Positions 17,042 to 26,560 of a DNA stretch of 64,000 bases are shown here, in pieces. The notes below the pieces were generated by a model. That model was not told the origin of the DNA. It was given only the letters and a program-made list of their open reading frames with translations, and searched no databases. A program made the translations under genes and the position numbers. Within the stretch, counting starts at the first letter, position 1; each line of letters begins with the position of its first letter. The stretch is from a virus. The stretch covers positions 8,563 to 72,562 of IMG/VR virus record IMGVR_UViG_3300023179_000089; one strand, given 5' to 3'.

Positions 17042-17266
17042 ATGAAAAATAAACAGACAGCAGTAGAATGGTTAGTTGATTGGATGGATAAAAATCAATA
17101 CTTTATTGGTAATGATTTAATTCAAGCAGTTGAACAAGCTAAACAGATGGAAAAAAACCAGATGTTTGATTATATCAAAGAAAACTATGTTAATGGGGAA
17201 AATTCATTAAAGTTCCATCAAGAACAATTTGAACAATATTACACTGAAACTTTTAAATCAGAATAA
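17042..17266 (+). CDS. hypothetical phage protein (KQTAVEWL type)
   Basis: KQTAVEWL..EQAKQMEK..EQYYTETF. Confidence 0.7.
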   Translation: MKNKQTAVEWLVDWMDKNQYFIGNDLIQAVEQAKQMEKNQMFDYIKENYVNGENSLKFHQEQFEQYYTETFKSE

Positions 17267-17267
17267 A

Positions 17268-17507
17268 ATGGAAAATAAAATAACATATGAAGAAGCATAC
17301 AATAAAGCAATAAAAGTAAAATGGAAAGTAGAACCATGTTTTTCAGGTGAAGATTGTTGGTGCAGGATTATTGTACCTGATGAACCTATAAAATATGGTC
17401 CTAATGATGTTGAAGAAGTACAAATTGTTAGTTCAGCATCTATAAATAAAAAAATGGCAGAACATATTGTAAACATTCACAATCAATGTATAAATAATGG
17501 AAACTAA
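17268..17507 (+). CDS. hypothetical protein
   Basis: CFSGEDCWCR; start moved to ATG 17268. Confidence 0.7.
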   Translation: MENKITYEEAYNKAIKVKWKVEPCFSGEDCWCRIIVPDEPIKYGPNDVEEVQIVSSASINKKMAEHIVNIHNQCINNGN

Positions 17508-17772
17508 ACAATATCAACCTAGATGGGAAGTAGATTTTAGTAATCCTAATGCTAATAATATAATTACAGGAACTACTACAGGAAAACCTATAGAAAATAA
17601 ACAATACACAAGAAATGAAGTACATGAGTTAATGTGTAAAGCATTTTTAGCTGGTTATAAAAAAGCTGATGTAGTTGAAGCTGGTTTAGAGCCTTTAGAA
17701 GAAAAAACTGAATGTGCTTGGATATTAACTAAATATGACAGTACACCTAATAAAAATAACAATGAGAAATAA
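17497..17772 (+). CDS. hypothetical protein
   Basis: ORF in operon. Confidence 0.65.
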   Translation: METKQYQPRWEVDFSNPNANNIITGTTTGKPIENKQYTRNEVHELMCKAFLAGYKKADVVEAGLEPLEEKTECAWILTKYDSTPNKNNNEK

Positions 17773-18358
17773 CTTTACATTTCTAAAAGCATTTTTCAGT
17801 CCATTTGTAAGACCTAAAATTCGTTTATACATTGGTAAAACAGCCATAGGTACACCTTACTTTTTTCCTAGAAGATGGGTTAAAGCAACTCCAGAATTAG
17901 CCCATAAAGCTGTTGAGGATTACATTAAGCGTGAAGAAAATTACAACAAAGCGAATCCTAATTATGCTCGTAAAATAAAACCATATAATGAAGTTTATCA
18001 AGAAAAATTAAGGTATGAATATGCAATACCTAAAAAAATAGGTTTTGATTTTGTTGATTTAGGTTGGAAAACTAAATGGAAAGAAACAGATTATAGATTT
18101 GAATGGAATCCAGTATGGTCATTTGTATTTTTTGGTTATCAAATAGCTCTTACATTTACACCTGTAGAATCAAGTCATTATTGGGAAGCATGGTTATATT
18201 ATACTAGAAATACAGACAAGTCTAAATCTACAAAAGAAAGATTAATAGATTGTATGAGCAATTTTTCATTAACATACACATCTTACCCAAGCGAAAAAGA
18301 AATAGATTATTATAAACATATACTTAAAAACAAATGGAAAAATTCAATGACAGAATAG
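17762..18358 (+). CDS. hypothetical protein, paralog of 15058-15642
   Basis: See paralog; start moved to ATG 17762. Confidence 0.8.
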   Translation: MRNNFTFLKAFFSPFVRPKIRLYIGKTAIGTPYFFPRRWVKATPELAHKAVEDYIKREENYNKANPNYARKIKPYNEVYQEKLRYEYAIPKKIGFDFVDLGWKTKWKETDYRFEWNPVWSFVFFGYQIALTFTPVESSHYWEAWLYYTRNTDKSKSTKERLIDCMSNFSLTYTSYPSEKEIDYYKHILKNKWKNSMTE

Positions 18359-18738
18359 TATACAATGCTATTCAAACACCTGATGGTACTGTAATTCAAT
18401 CTAAATACAGACATGATTATGTAGAATATACAGATAAAAATGGTCAATATTATATGGTTGATGGTGGTTTAGATTATCCTAGAAGAGGTTTTGATAAAAA
18501 TGACTATATTGATTTGTGCAAATTATTTAAAGACTGTACTTTAGATGAATGTACTCAATATTTAATGTGGGGTCAGAACTATGATAAAGACATGAATAAA
18601 CTACCTGAAACAATATTTAAACCTATATGTGAATTAACTACTGATCATATAGAAGCTATTATAAATGGTAATTACTGTAGTAATGAAATGTATTTGTATG
18701 TATTTAATTATGAATTAAATAAAAGACTTTGTAAATAA
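18334..18738 (+). CDS. hypothetical phage protein
   Basis: NAIQTPDGT..SKYRHDY..MVDGGLDY. Confidence 0.75.
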   Translation: MEKFNDRIVYNAIQTPDGTVIQSKYRHDYVEYTDKNGQYYMVDGGLDYPRRGFDKNDYIDLCKLFKDCTLDECTQYLMWGQNYDKDMNKLPETIFKPICELTTDHIEAIINGNYCSNEMYLYVFNYELNKRLCK

Positions 18739-18744
18739 ATTATA

Positions 18745-18829
18745 TAACTAATTGATAATTAATTCAATTAATTTACCAAAGAATTTGTTTCGTGTAGATG
18801 AATTACTTATCTTTATGTATAGTAATTAA
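18745..18829 (+). promoter_or_regulatory. composite early promoter copy 8
   Basis: TAACTAATTGATA, TTTG, TACTTATCTTTATGTATAGTAATTAA. Confidence 0.8.
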
Positions 18830-18837
18830 TAAAAAAA

Positions 18838-19119
18838 ATGATTAGATCAACAAGCAACAAAGGGTTCTCCCTTACTTTTGAAAATGGTTGGACAATTTCA
18901 GTTCAATTTGGTTATGGTAACTATTGCGATAACAAACATCATCCCGATGGATGGGACTTTAGCAAAAAACAAGAAGTAACTCAATCTTCTGATGCTGAAA
19001 TTGCAATTTGGGATGCTAATGGAGAGTGGTATAATTTTGATTCAGATACCGTTAAAGGATATTGTTCTGCCAATGAAGTAGCTGAATGGATTACAAAAGT
19101 ATCTAAATTTAAACCTTAG
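18838..19119 (+). CDS. hypothetical phage protein (GFxxTFxNG type)
   Basis: Related to 24036-24353. Confidence 0.7.
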   Translation: MIRSTSNKGFSLTFENGWTISVQFGYGNYCDNKHHPDGWDFSKKQEVTQSSDAEIAIWDANGEWYNFDSDTVKGYCSANEVAEWITKVSKFKP

Positions 19120-19149
19120 TCTATTATAACAGTAATTAAAAAATAAAAA

Positions 19150-20304
19150 ATGACCAAACAAAAAATTTACGCAACCGTAATATCAGAAGGACGATTTATC
19201 AAAGCAATAACCCAGGAAGGCCTGGACGTATCTAATCAAATCGATCGTTCTTTACGTAGAAAAGCATTGGAATCTAATTTAGATTTAGAATTTGATTCTG
19301 TAGCTAATTGTTGGAATTTTGCAACTAGAAATACTTCTATAGCCCCGGCTCTCGAAGAAGAGTTAGCAGAACCAAATTCAGATCACGAAACTATTAAAAA
19401 CTTTATTCATAGTTCAGCAAGGCTGAAGCCGGCACAATTAATGATCAGCGACTTGAAATGGAAATATCTAGTTCGCTCAGCGATGCGTGGAAAGAACATT
19501 ATGATGACGGGTCCTGCAGGTACCGGCAAAACTTTGGCAGCGAAATATTTAGTGCAAGCCTTAGATCGCCCTGACTTCTATTTTAATTTAGGGGCTACGC
19601 AGGACCCGCGTTCCACGCTTATTGGTAACACTCATTTCTCTAAAGAGACAGGAACATACTTTTCAGAGTCGCTTTTCGTAAAAGCTATTCAAACAGAAAA
19701 TGCCGTAATTTTATTAGATGAGTTATCACGCGCACATCCTGAAGCTTGGAATATTTTAATGACCGTGCTTGATGTAAACCAGCGTTATTTACGTTTAGAT
19801 GAAAAGGACGGCTCGCCAACTATTAAAGTCGCTTCTGGTGTCTGTTTTATCGCAACGGCAAATATTGGAAATGACTATACTTCAACTAGAAAATTAGATA
19901 GAGCATTAGAAGACCGATTTACAACCATTGAAATGGATCAGTTAAATGCCGAAGCTGAATTTGAACTTTTACAAATGAAATTTCCATTAGCGGTAAAATC
20001 GTCACTAAAAGATTTAGCTACAATAGCTGACACTACAAGAAAAGAATGTAAAGGATCTAATCCAAAATTGACTAACTCTTTATCTACAAGATCTTCAGTG
20101 GAAGCAGCCTCGTTGATATACGACGGCTTTTCGTTAGCAGAAGTAGCTGAAATTGCAATTTACCCATTCTTTAATGATGATGGAGGCGTTGACTCTGAAC
20201 GTACTTTTGTTAAGCAAGTAGTGCAAAAATATTGCACTAACCCAATAGAAGAGTCTAAGAAGCCGCTATTCGGATCAGACGATATTGAAGATACTCCTTT
20301 TTAA
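19150..20304 (+). CDS. MoxR/CbbQ-type AAA+ ATPase
   Basis: GPAGTGKT, ILLDELSR, IATAN, LDRALEDRF, STR sensor 2. Confidence 0.9.
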   Translation: MTKQKIYATVISEGRFIKAITQEGLDVSNQIDRSLRRKALESNLDLEFDSVANCWNFATRNTSIAPALEEELAEPNSDHETIKNFIHSSARLKPAQLMISDLKWKYLVRSAMRGKNIMMTGPAGTGKTLAAKYLVQALDRPDFYFNLGATQDPRSTLIGNTHFSKETGTYFSESLFVKAIQTENAVILLDELSRAHPEAWNILMTVLDVNQRYLRLDEKDGSPTIKVASGVCFIATANIGNDYTSTRKLDRALEDRFTTIEMDQLNAEAEFELLQMKFPLAVKSSLKDLATIADTTRKECKGSNPKLTNSLSTRSSVEAASLIYDGFSLAEVAEIAIYPFFNDDGGVDSERTFVKQVVQKYCTNPIEESKKPLFGSDDIEDTPF

Positions 20305-20326
20305 TTATTAATTACTATATGGTGTT

Positions 20327-20350
20327 TAGGCTACTACTATTAGTAGCCTA
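20327..20350 (+). terminator. intergenic hairpin
   Basis: TAGGCTACTA-CTAT-TAGTAGCCTA; weak U tract. Confidence 0.45.
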
Positions 20351-20401
20351 TCTCCATTTTGGAATTAAATATTTATCTTTTTATATTAAATTATTTATCG
20401 A

Positions 20402-22480
20402 ATGTCTAAACAGTATTCAAAATACGATTCATACAAATATCAACCCGTAAACAAGAAATATCAAAATTCTTCTTTTTGGCTTGGAAATGACTTTCTTGAA
20501 GGCCAAACTCAAATTAAACATGATATTATAAAATTAGCAGCGTATAAACGAGCAATATCTAACTTTGTACGAATAGTAACCAATCGCAGTGACATCAAAG
20601 TTTCATACTCGTCAGGACAACAATCTTACACTGACGGTAAAGCCGTTGTAATTTCATCGAAAATTTCCGACGGCGAATTTGATTGTACTGTCGGCTTAGC
20701 TTTACATGAAGGCAGTCATATTGCGTTAACTGATTTTCAATTTTTGAAAACTGCATTTAAGTTTACACAGTATGATAGACAAACCGAATTCGGTGCATTT
20801 ATGTTAGATAATTTACATTATATAAAAGAATTAACTAATATTATTGAAGACCGAAGAATAGACTATTACGTATACACGCAATCTCCAGGATATCGAGGTT
20901 ATTACAATTCGCTTTACGATACATACTTTAATAGTAAAGAAATTGACATAGCATTAAAAACTAATTTAAAAACTTCAGGATCAATTGACGATTATATATT
21001 TCATATCTGCAACTTTGCAAATTCTAATCGACAACTCGATTCAATGCCCGGGCTTCGCGAAATATGGGAATGTATAAATTTACCAAACATAAAACGTTTA
21101 AATTCTACATCAGAAGTATTTTCAATAGCTTGCGATGTAATGAAATTAATTTTAAAACATCAAAACACCGAATCTTCAAATCAAGAAACAACTCAATCTG
21201 AAAGCTTAGAGAAAGTTAAACTAAATCAAAATTATAACGAGCATGAAGATCCAAATTTAGATACGTCAAATTATAATAACACTGAAATTAGTAGTAATGA
21301 TGATTCAAATCCAATAGATTCGCAATCAAATTCATTGAATTCGAATCTTTCAGATAAAGAGCAAAAGAAGCATGACAAACTATTAAATAGTCTAGAAAAA
21401 GCAATTAATCGACAAAAAGAATTTCTCAACGGAAATGTTAAAAAGAGTAAACTTTCAGCTGCTGAAAATGCAAAAGTTAACGCTGCAGCTGAATCTTCTA
21501 TTTCTATAGAAAATGTCGGAGGATCGGTCATTAATGAACAAAAAGACGGATCTAAGAAAGAAATAAACAAAGGTACCGCACAATGCATTGTAATTCGTGG
21601 TATTACGCAATCAGGAATAGATAGTAATTTATATGGATGCAATTACAGGCCAGAAGAAAAGAATTACAATCCAATTTCTGAAGGTATTGCTTTAGGAACT
21701 ATGTTAGGAAAGAGATTGAAAACGCGAGATGAAAATCGAACTTTAACTAGTACTCGAGCAGAACATGGTCGTATTGATCGACGTCTGTTAGCCGAACTAG
21801 GTTTTGGGAATGACCGCGTTTTTCAAAATACCACTCATTATCAAGTAACGCCTGGTTTAGTACATATTTCTATTGACGGGTCTGGATCAATGTCAGGTAG
21901 CAAATGGGACGCTGCAATTAAATCAACTATCGCAATTTGTAAAGCGGCTACGATGATTTCTTCAATTAACGTAATTGTATCTGTAAGATCAACTATACAT
22001 TACGGTTCACAATTTCAGCCGCTGATGTGGATAGTTTATGACTCTAGAAAAGATAAATTGGTTACGTTTTGTAAACACGCAGCGAATTTAATTCCGGCCG
22101 GGTCTACGCCTGAAGGATTATGCTTTCAATCAATTACATCTGAAATTATAAAAGATTCTAATGGGAAAGCTGCATTTTTTATTAATCTATCTGACGGAGA
22201 ACCGTCATTTGTAAATAACCGAATAAATTATAACGGAACCTATGCACTATTACATACAAAAAATCAAGTTGATAGTTTAAGAAAACATAACATTCACGTT
22301 CAATCTTATTTTATATATAACAAGTATCGAGATGATTGGTCAATATCCGATTTCGCGCAAACTTCTTCAGCTAACAATTTTCGTACAATGTATGGGTCTG
22401 ACTCAAAATTTATTGACGTAACTAATCTATCGCATTTAGCAAATTCATTAAATGATTTGTTTGTGCGCGGAATTGAATAA
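20402..22480 (+). CDS. vWA-domain protein with N-terminal HExxH region (CobT-like MoxR partner)
   Basis: LHEGSH, NIIEDRRID, acidic linker, MIDAS DGSGS / GSTP / SDGEP. Confidence 0.85.
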   Translation: MSKQYSKYDSYKYQPVNKKYQNSSFWLGNDFLEGQTQIKHDIIKLAAYKRAISNFVRIVTNRSDIKVSYSSGQQSYTDGKAVVISSKISDGEFDCTVGLALHEGSHIALTDFQFLKTAFKFTQYDRQTEFGAFMLDNLHYIKELTNIIEDRRIDYYVYTQSPGYRGYYNSLYDTYFNSKEIDIALKTNLKTSGSIDDYIFHICNFANSNRQLDSMPGLREIWECINLPNIKRLNSTSEVFSIACDVMKLILKHQNTESSNQETTQSESLEKVKLNQNYNEHEDPNLDTSNYNNTEISSNDDSNPIDSQSNSLNSNLSDKEQKKHDKLLNSLEKAINRQKEFLNGNVKKSKLSAAENAKVNAAAESSISIENVGGSVINEQKDGSKKEINKGTAQCIVIRGITQSGIDSNLYGCNYRPEEKNYNPISEGIALGTMLGKRLKTRDENRTLTSTRAEHGRIDRRLLAELGFGNDRVFQNTTHYQVTPGLVHISIDGSGSMSGSKWDAAIKSTIAICKAATMISSINVIVSVRSTIHYGSQFQPLMWIVYDSRKDKLVTFCKHAANLIPAGSTPEGLCFQSITSEIIKDSNGKAAFFINLSDGEPSFVNNRINYNGTYALLHTKNQVDSLRKHNIHVQSYFIYNKYRDDWSISDFAQTSSANNFRTMYGSDSKFIDVTNLSHLANSLNDLFVRGIE

Positions 22481-22488
22481 TTCAAATA

Positions 22489-22965
22489 ATGAAACGAACT
22501 ACATCAGATGAAGAGCGACGCCAATTGCTCGCGACGCAACAGTATTTGCTAGAATATATTTATTCAATGAATTTTGAAGTTAATTTACGGTCGTCATGGT
22601 TTGCAATCTTTCCGGAAGAGCAATTAATAACTTGCAACGTACGTTGTCGAAACGAATGGTTAAAAACTATTTCTATTGCACATGAAGCGGGGCATATTAC
22701 TGCAACTCGTCCTCGATACATGAAGTCATGGAGAAAATGTAAAACTGCAGTGCATACTGCTATTCTTCATGAAGAATGGGCTGCTTGGGAACATGGTTGG
22801 ACGTTGATTGACGAATGGCAAAAACAATCCAATATATTTACGCACAATTTTTATAACACTCTTCAAACTGAATATTGGAAATGTGCACGAATTTCATGGA
22901 ACAAATACATACAATACATTGCATCTGCGCCGACAACGGACGCGCTTGTAAATGCTTATTGGTAA
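22489..22965 (+). CDS. zincin-like metallopeptidase (ImmA/IrrE-like)
   Basis: IAHEAGH ... HEEWAAW. Confidence 0.65.
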   Translation: MKRTTSDEERRQLLATQQYLLEYIYSMNFEVNLRSSWFAIFPEEQLITCNVRCRNEWLKTISIAHEAGHITATRPRYMKSWRKCKTAVHTAILHEEWAAWEHGWTLIDEWQKQSNIFTHNFYNTLQTEYWKCARISWNKYIQYIASAPTTDALVNAYW

Positions 22966-22972
22966 ATTTATA

Positions 22973-23057
22973 TAACTAATTGATATTCAATGTAATTAAT
23001 TTACCAAAAAATTTGGTTCGTGTAGAACAATTACTTATTTTTATGTATAGTAATTAA
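22973..23057 (+). promoter_or_regulatory. composite early promoter copy 9
   Basis: TAACTAATTGATATTCAAT, ACCAAAAAATTTGGT, core motif. Confidence 0.8.
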
Positions 23058-23066
23058 ATAATAAAA

Positions 23067-23321
23067 ATGACATCAGTAATTTCAAAATCTCAAGTAGTTG
23101 AGTTTCTAAATGCAAAATGCAAAACAACTGCCGCTCATGTAATTGACGGAATAAAAAATGTTGTTTTTCTAAAAGAAATAGAAGGAGAATTTATTTTCAT
23201 ACATGATATGTGTAATCTGTTGACCAAGTCACTTACCGACGATATAGAATGTAATATCATTCAATTTATGGTCGACGAAGATCAACTAATTTCTGAAATT
23301 AATCTTTACATTAACAAATAA
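23067..23321 (+). CDS. hypothetical protein
   Basis: After promoter copy 9. Confidence 0.65.
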   Translation: MTSVISKSQVVEFLNAKCKTTAAHVIDGIKNVVFLKEIEGEFIFIHDMCNLLTKSLTDDIECNIIQFMVDEDQLISEINLYINK

Positions 23322-23332
23322 TAAATAATAGT

Positions 23333-23461
23333 ATGACTCACGCAATTCAAACCTTAAAAGATGCTTTTCGTAACGACCCTGTAGAGTTTTCAAAAGCAAT
23401 AGTATTTTTACTAGTAATGAGTGTATTTACATATTTATCTTTAGTTATTGCTGCTATATAA
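23333..23461 (+). CDS. small membrane protein, 42 aa
   Basis: Hand translation MTHAIQTLKDAFRNDPVEFSKAIVFLLVMSVF... Confidence 0.5.
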   Translation: MTHAIQTLKDAFRNDPVEFSKAIVFLLVMSVFTYLSLVIAAI

Positions 23462-23462
23462 T

Positions 23463-23954
23463 ATGCGTTATTGTAATAATTGTAATCAACCTATTCCGGT
23501 GCAACGACTTAAAGTAGTACCGACAACAGAAACTTGTGTATCTTGCTCTAATGTCAATCGACTATCAGCAATTCCAGTTATTCATCATAAAACAGGAAAT
23601 GAAATACAAATCGTAAAAGACCCAGAAGTAGCAAAAGAATTTTACCGACTGTCGTCGCGTGTTGGGTTTGGTTGTCTCCGAGGTCTGAAATCAGGAAAAT
23701 CAAGCTCGAGTCAAGTAAAAAAATATTCGACAGCTCCGACAACAAAACTTTCTTTAGGAATGGCATCAAGAAATATGTTTGAAGAGTTAGGCACTAAAAT
23801 AATGAATACTTTTGACTATGCAGGGGCGTCAGCAGCAAAATCTCAAGCTCAGGAATATTTAGACACTAGACTAATAGATAGAAACCAATTTAATAAATTA
23901 ATTACTATAATCGACGCGTGTATTGTGTCAAAAGCTCCAATGGAGCAGCGCTAA
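23463..23954 (+). CDS. TraR/DksA C4-type zinc-finger protein
   Basis: YCNNCNQPIPVQRLKVVPTTETCVSC at N-terminus. Confidence 0.7.
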   Translation: MRYCNNCNQPIPVQRLKVVPTTETCVSCSNVNRLSAIPVIHHKTGNEIQIVKDPEVAKEFYRLSSRVGFGCLRGLKSGKSSSSQVKKYSTAPTTKLSLGMASRNMFEELGTKIMNTFDYAGASAAKSQAQEYLDTRLIDRNQFNKLITIIDACIVSKAPMEQR

Positions 23955-23988
23955 AACTTAAGGTTTAAGGGGTTAGGCCTAAGTTTAT

Positions 23989-24022
23989 AAGGGAGGTTGA
24001 AATAATACCTCCCTTTTTTTTT
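23989..24022 (+). terminator. intrinsic terminator
   Basis: AGGGAGGT-N9-ACCTCCCT plus long T run. Confidence 0.8.
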
Positions 24023-24035
24023 AAACATTAATGTA

Positions 24036-24353
24036 ATGAATATTATCAATCATTCGCCTTTAATAAAAATTTTCGGAAATGGATTTCAAATAACATTTCC
24101 AAATCGGTATTCAATCGTCGTAAAAAACGGGCCAGGTGCAAAATGTACTCAACCTGATAAATTAAATGACGACCCCGCTTCAATGATTATGGCAGCAAGA
24201 TTTGGAGGAACTCAATCTCCAGATTGTGAAGTTGAAATTTACAATGCAAAAAAAGAAAATGTATCTTTAAATTTCGGAGAAGAAATAAGCTTATCAAATA
24301 TTTCTCCGTTTCAATTAGCAAATTTATTTTACATTATTTCAGGACTTAAATAA
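24036..24353 (+). CDS. hypothetical protein, distant paralog of 18838
   Basis: NGFQITFPNRYSIVV..QSPDCEVEIY. Confidence 0.65.
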   Translation: MNIINHSPLIKIFGNGFQITFPNRYSIVVKNGPGAKCTQPDKLNDDPASMIMAARFGGTQSPDCEVEIYNAKKENVSLNFGEEISLSNISPFQLANLFYIISGLK

Positions 24354-24356
24354 ACA

Positions 24357-24803
24357 ATGAACCGTTTTGTCGACAATCAAATCTTTAAAAATTTTCTCGA
24401 ATGTTCTGAACAAGAACAAACATTGGTATTAAAAACAATTTCAGAAAACGTATGGAGTTTTAATGATGAGTTGCGTGGTATAGATTTTAATATAGAAAGT
24501 TATTATGAACGCAGAATAGCGGATCGCGACCCGAATATAACATGGCCAAAGAATCTTTCAAAAAAAGAACGAGTTTTATGTAAAATTACTTTACTAACAA
24601 AACTATTGCGTAACTGTAGCTCATCTAATACTGATAATGACTACATTTACCATTGGTGTAGTAACTTTGTTTATTCTATAAAAAATAACATTTTCAAACC
24701 TAAAGATAGCACCTGGAAAGGATTATCGAAAATAGAAGCTTTAATATTAAACAGTATTTATGAATCTTTAACTCGTTGTTACCGACAACAAATTGTTTTT
24801 TAA
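24357..24803 (+). CDS. hypothetical protein
   Basis: 148-aa ORF. Confidence 0.65.
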   Translation: MNRFVDNQIFKNFLECSEQEQTLVLKTISENVWSFNDELRGIDFNIESYYERRIADRDPNITWPKNLSKKERVLCKITLLTKLLRNCSSSNTDNDYIYHWCSNFVYSIKNNIFKPKDSTWKGLSKIEALILNSIYESLTRCYRQQIVF

Positions 24804-24858
24804 AAATTATTTTGTACATTCAAAAGAATTTCTTATATTTAATAAATCAATAAATAAT

Positions 24859-25059
24859 ATGTATTACATCGCAAAAGTAAAACTCGAATTCGAGACTGAC
24901 AAAGGTCAGCTAAAGAAAAAAACAGAAACTTATTTAGTTCAGGCAGAGTCCGTCACAGACGCGGAAGCTATCGTACACACAAAATTTTCCGATTGGAAGT
25001 ATGAATTTGAAGTTAAATCAGTATCTCAATCAAATATTTTAGACGTTTATTCAGTATAA
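24859..25059 (+). CDS. DUF4494-like protein
   Basis: KKKTETYLVQAESVTDAEA..EVKSVSQSNILDV. Confidence 0.7.
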   Translation: MYYIAKVKLEFETDKGQLKKKTETYLVQAESVTDAEAIVHTKFSDWKYEFEVKSVSQSNILDVYSV

Positions 25060-25060
25060 T

Positions 25061-25435
25061 ATGGCTCGTATCAAAAAAAGATTTTCGACTAATCAAGTCG
25101 TAGTATTTCGGTTCAGTGACCGTAAAATGGTAGGTCGCGTTGTAATGGTAAGACCTATAGGTAAAATTTTCAATTACGATGTACTGGCAGAAGACGGTAA
25201 AATTTATGAAGAATTAGCCGTTGATTCAAATATGAATCATAGTATAGATACTTATTTAACAAGACTGTTTTATAGAAAGTATAACATTAGCGAATCAGAA
25301 ATTCCGGTTACGGCAGTAAATGTACCAGAAATTGATCCTTCTCAATATTTACAAGAGAGTAGTATCATATCAGATGACTACCGGCCGGATATGTCGAAAT
25401 TTGCGGATCAATCTTTTAATGAATTAGAAGATTGA
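25061..25435 (+). CDS. hypothetical protein
   Basis: 124-aa ORF, beta-rich N-terminus, acidic tail. Confidence 0.65.
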   Translation: MARIKKRFSTNQVVVFRFSDRKMVGRVVMVRPIGKIFNYDVLAEDGKIYEELAVDSNMNHSIDTYLTRLFYRKYNISESEIPVTAVNVPEIDPSQYLQESSIISDDYRPDMSKFADQSFNELED

Positions 25436-25441
25436 TTCATT

Positions 25442-25828
25442 GGGGGCGAATGGTATAGATTGACAGAATAGTTCTTTGAGATGATGCACGCAGTGCTAGT
25501 ATTGGAAGCACTTAAATATCCTATATAACGAATAACTGGAAACGAAATCTCTGATTTCACTTACGAAGACGCTATGGCGTTCGTAAGCGGCGAATATGCT
25601 TTAGCAGCTTAATTGCCAACGGGTCGGCGCACATATAACCTAGGAACAGAAGTGAATGGATTGGTGAAAAAACAATTGAACCTTAAATCGAATTGTCCAT
25701 TGGTTGTTAGTTTACGATGGCTGAAGAACAAACTAAATATTTTGAGTCGTTAGAAAATGACATCTAAGCGTGTGAATGAGTCCTTAAATTGTCTGGGCAA
25801 GACGAGGGTTCGACTCCCTCCGCCTCCA
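25442..25828 (+). ncRNA. ssrA: tmRNA
   Basis: GGGGGCG/CGCCTCC-A acceptor with G3.U; T-arm GAGGG-TTCGACT-CCCTC; ATAACT then tag frame 25538-25612 GNEISDFTYEDAMAFVSGEYALAA*. Confidence 0.92.
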
Positions 25829-25866
25829 CTAATTCACGGAGTATTAACCTTTAAATTGAATCGAAT

Positions 25867-26034
25867 ATGAAAAAGATCTTTTTCTTGTTTGTAACAATTT
25901 CATTGCTAACGAGCTGTACAACCAGCAGTACAGAGCAACTTTCAACCGCAGATTCTTGCGTAGTTGAAACCGTTGCAGCTGATACAACTGTATCAGACTC
26001 GATAGCAGTAGTTGCTACTGACACTGTAAAGTAA
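25867..26034 (+). CDS. small lipoprotein, 55 aa
   Basis: MKKIFFLFVTISLLTSC lipobox, then T/D/S/V-rich tail. Confidence 0.7.
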   Translation: MKKIFFLFVTISLLTSCTTSSTEQLSTADSCVVETVAADTTVSDSIAVVATDTVK

Positions 26035-26045
26035 AATGTAAAATT

Positions 26046-26137
26046 TCGAACGGTGCACAAGAAGTGCAAGCCTAACGTGAGGTTGTGAAAGGAAACGTAA
26101 ACTTCCTTAACTTCGGTAAAAGTCCGACCCGCATCGA
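26046..26137 (+). ncRNA. candidate multi-stem RNA element
   Basis: Four hairpins TGCAC/GTGCA, AGCCT/AGGTT, AAGGAA/TTCCTT, TCGG/CCGA closed by CGG/CCG. Confidence 0.4.
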
Positions 26138-26152
26138 TTTAATTGTTATTAA

Positions 26153-26560
26153 ATGAAATTTACTCATGGTTATCAAGGATATGAACTATATCCTGAATTA
26201 GATGAGCATCAGCGTTGTTGTAATAACGGTTGCTCGTTTCCTAGAAGAAAAACTGGTGCTAATAAAACTGCTTACGTTTTAGCCCCTGTATGTATACATT
26301 GTTTTCATGCAGCTATTGAACCTCCGAGGCATGGTTATCGAGACGGAGTTACTGCTATCAAAAAAGACTTTTGTGAAAATAGAGATGGTCGTTTAGGATT
26401 TAATTGCACTGCAACGATCATACATCGTCGTCAGTTAGATTTAGATCATATCGACGGAAATCACGATAATAACATTCCAGAAAATTTGCAGACTATATGC
26501 AAAAACTGCCATGCACAAAAAACTTGGGCAGATCGAAATCATATTAAATCTATAAAATGA
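26153..26560 (+). CDS. HNH endonuclease
   Basis: LDLDHIDGNHDNNIPENLQTICKNCHAQKT. Confidence 0.85.
   Translation: MKFTHGYQGYELYPELDEHQRCCNNGCSFPRRKTGANKTAYVLAPVCIHCFHAAIEPPRHGYRDGVTAIKKDFCENRDGRLGFNCTATIIHRRQLDLDHIDGNHDNNIPENLQTICKNCHAQKTWADRNHIKSIK

Noticed and set aside
15058-18358. Paralog pairs as DGR template/variable repeats
   Set aside because: Both are full ORFs, differences are not confined to adenines, and no reverse transcriptase is in the window.
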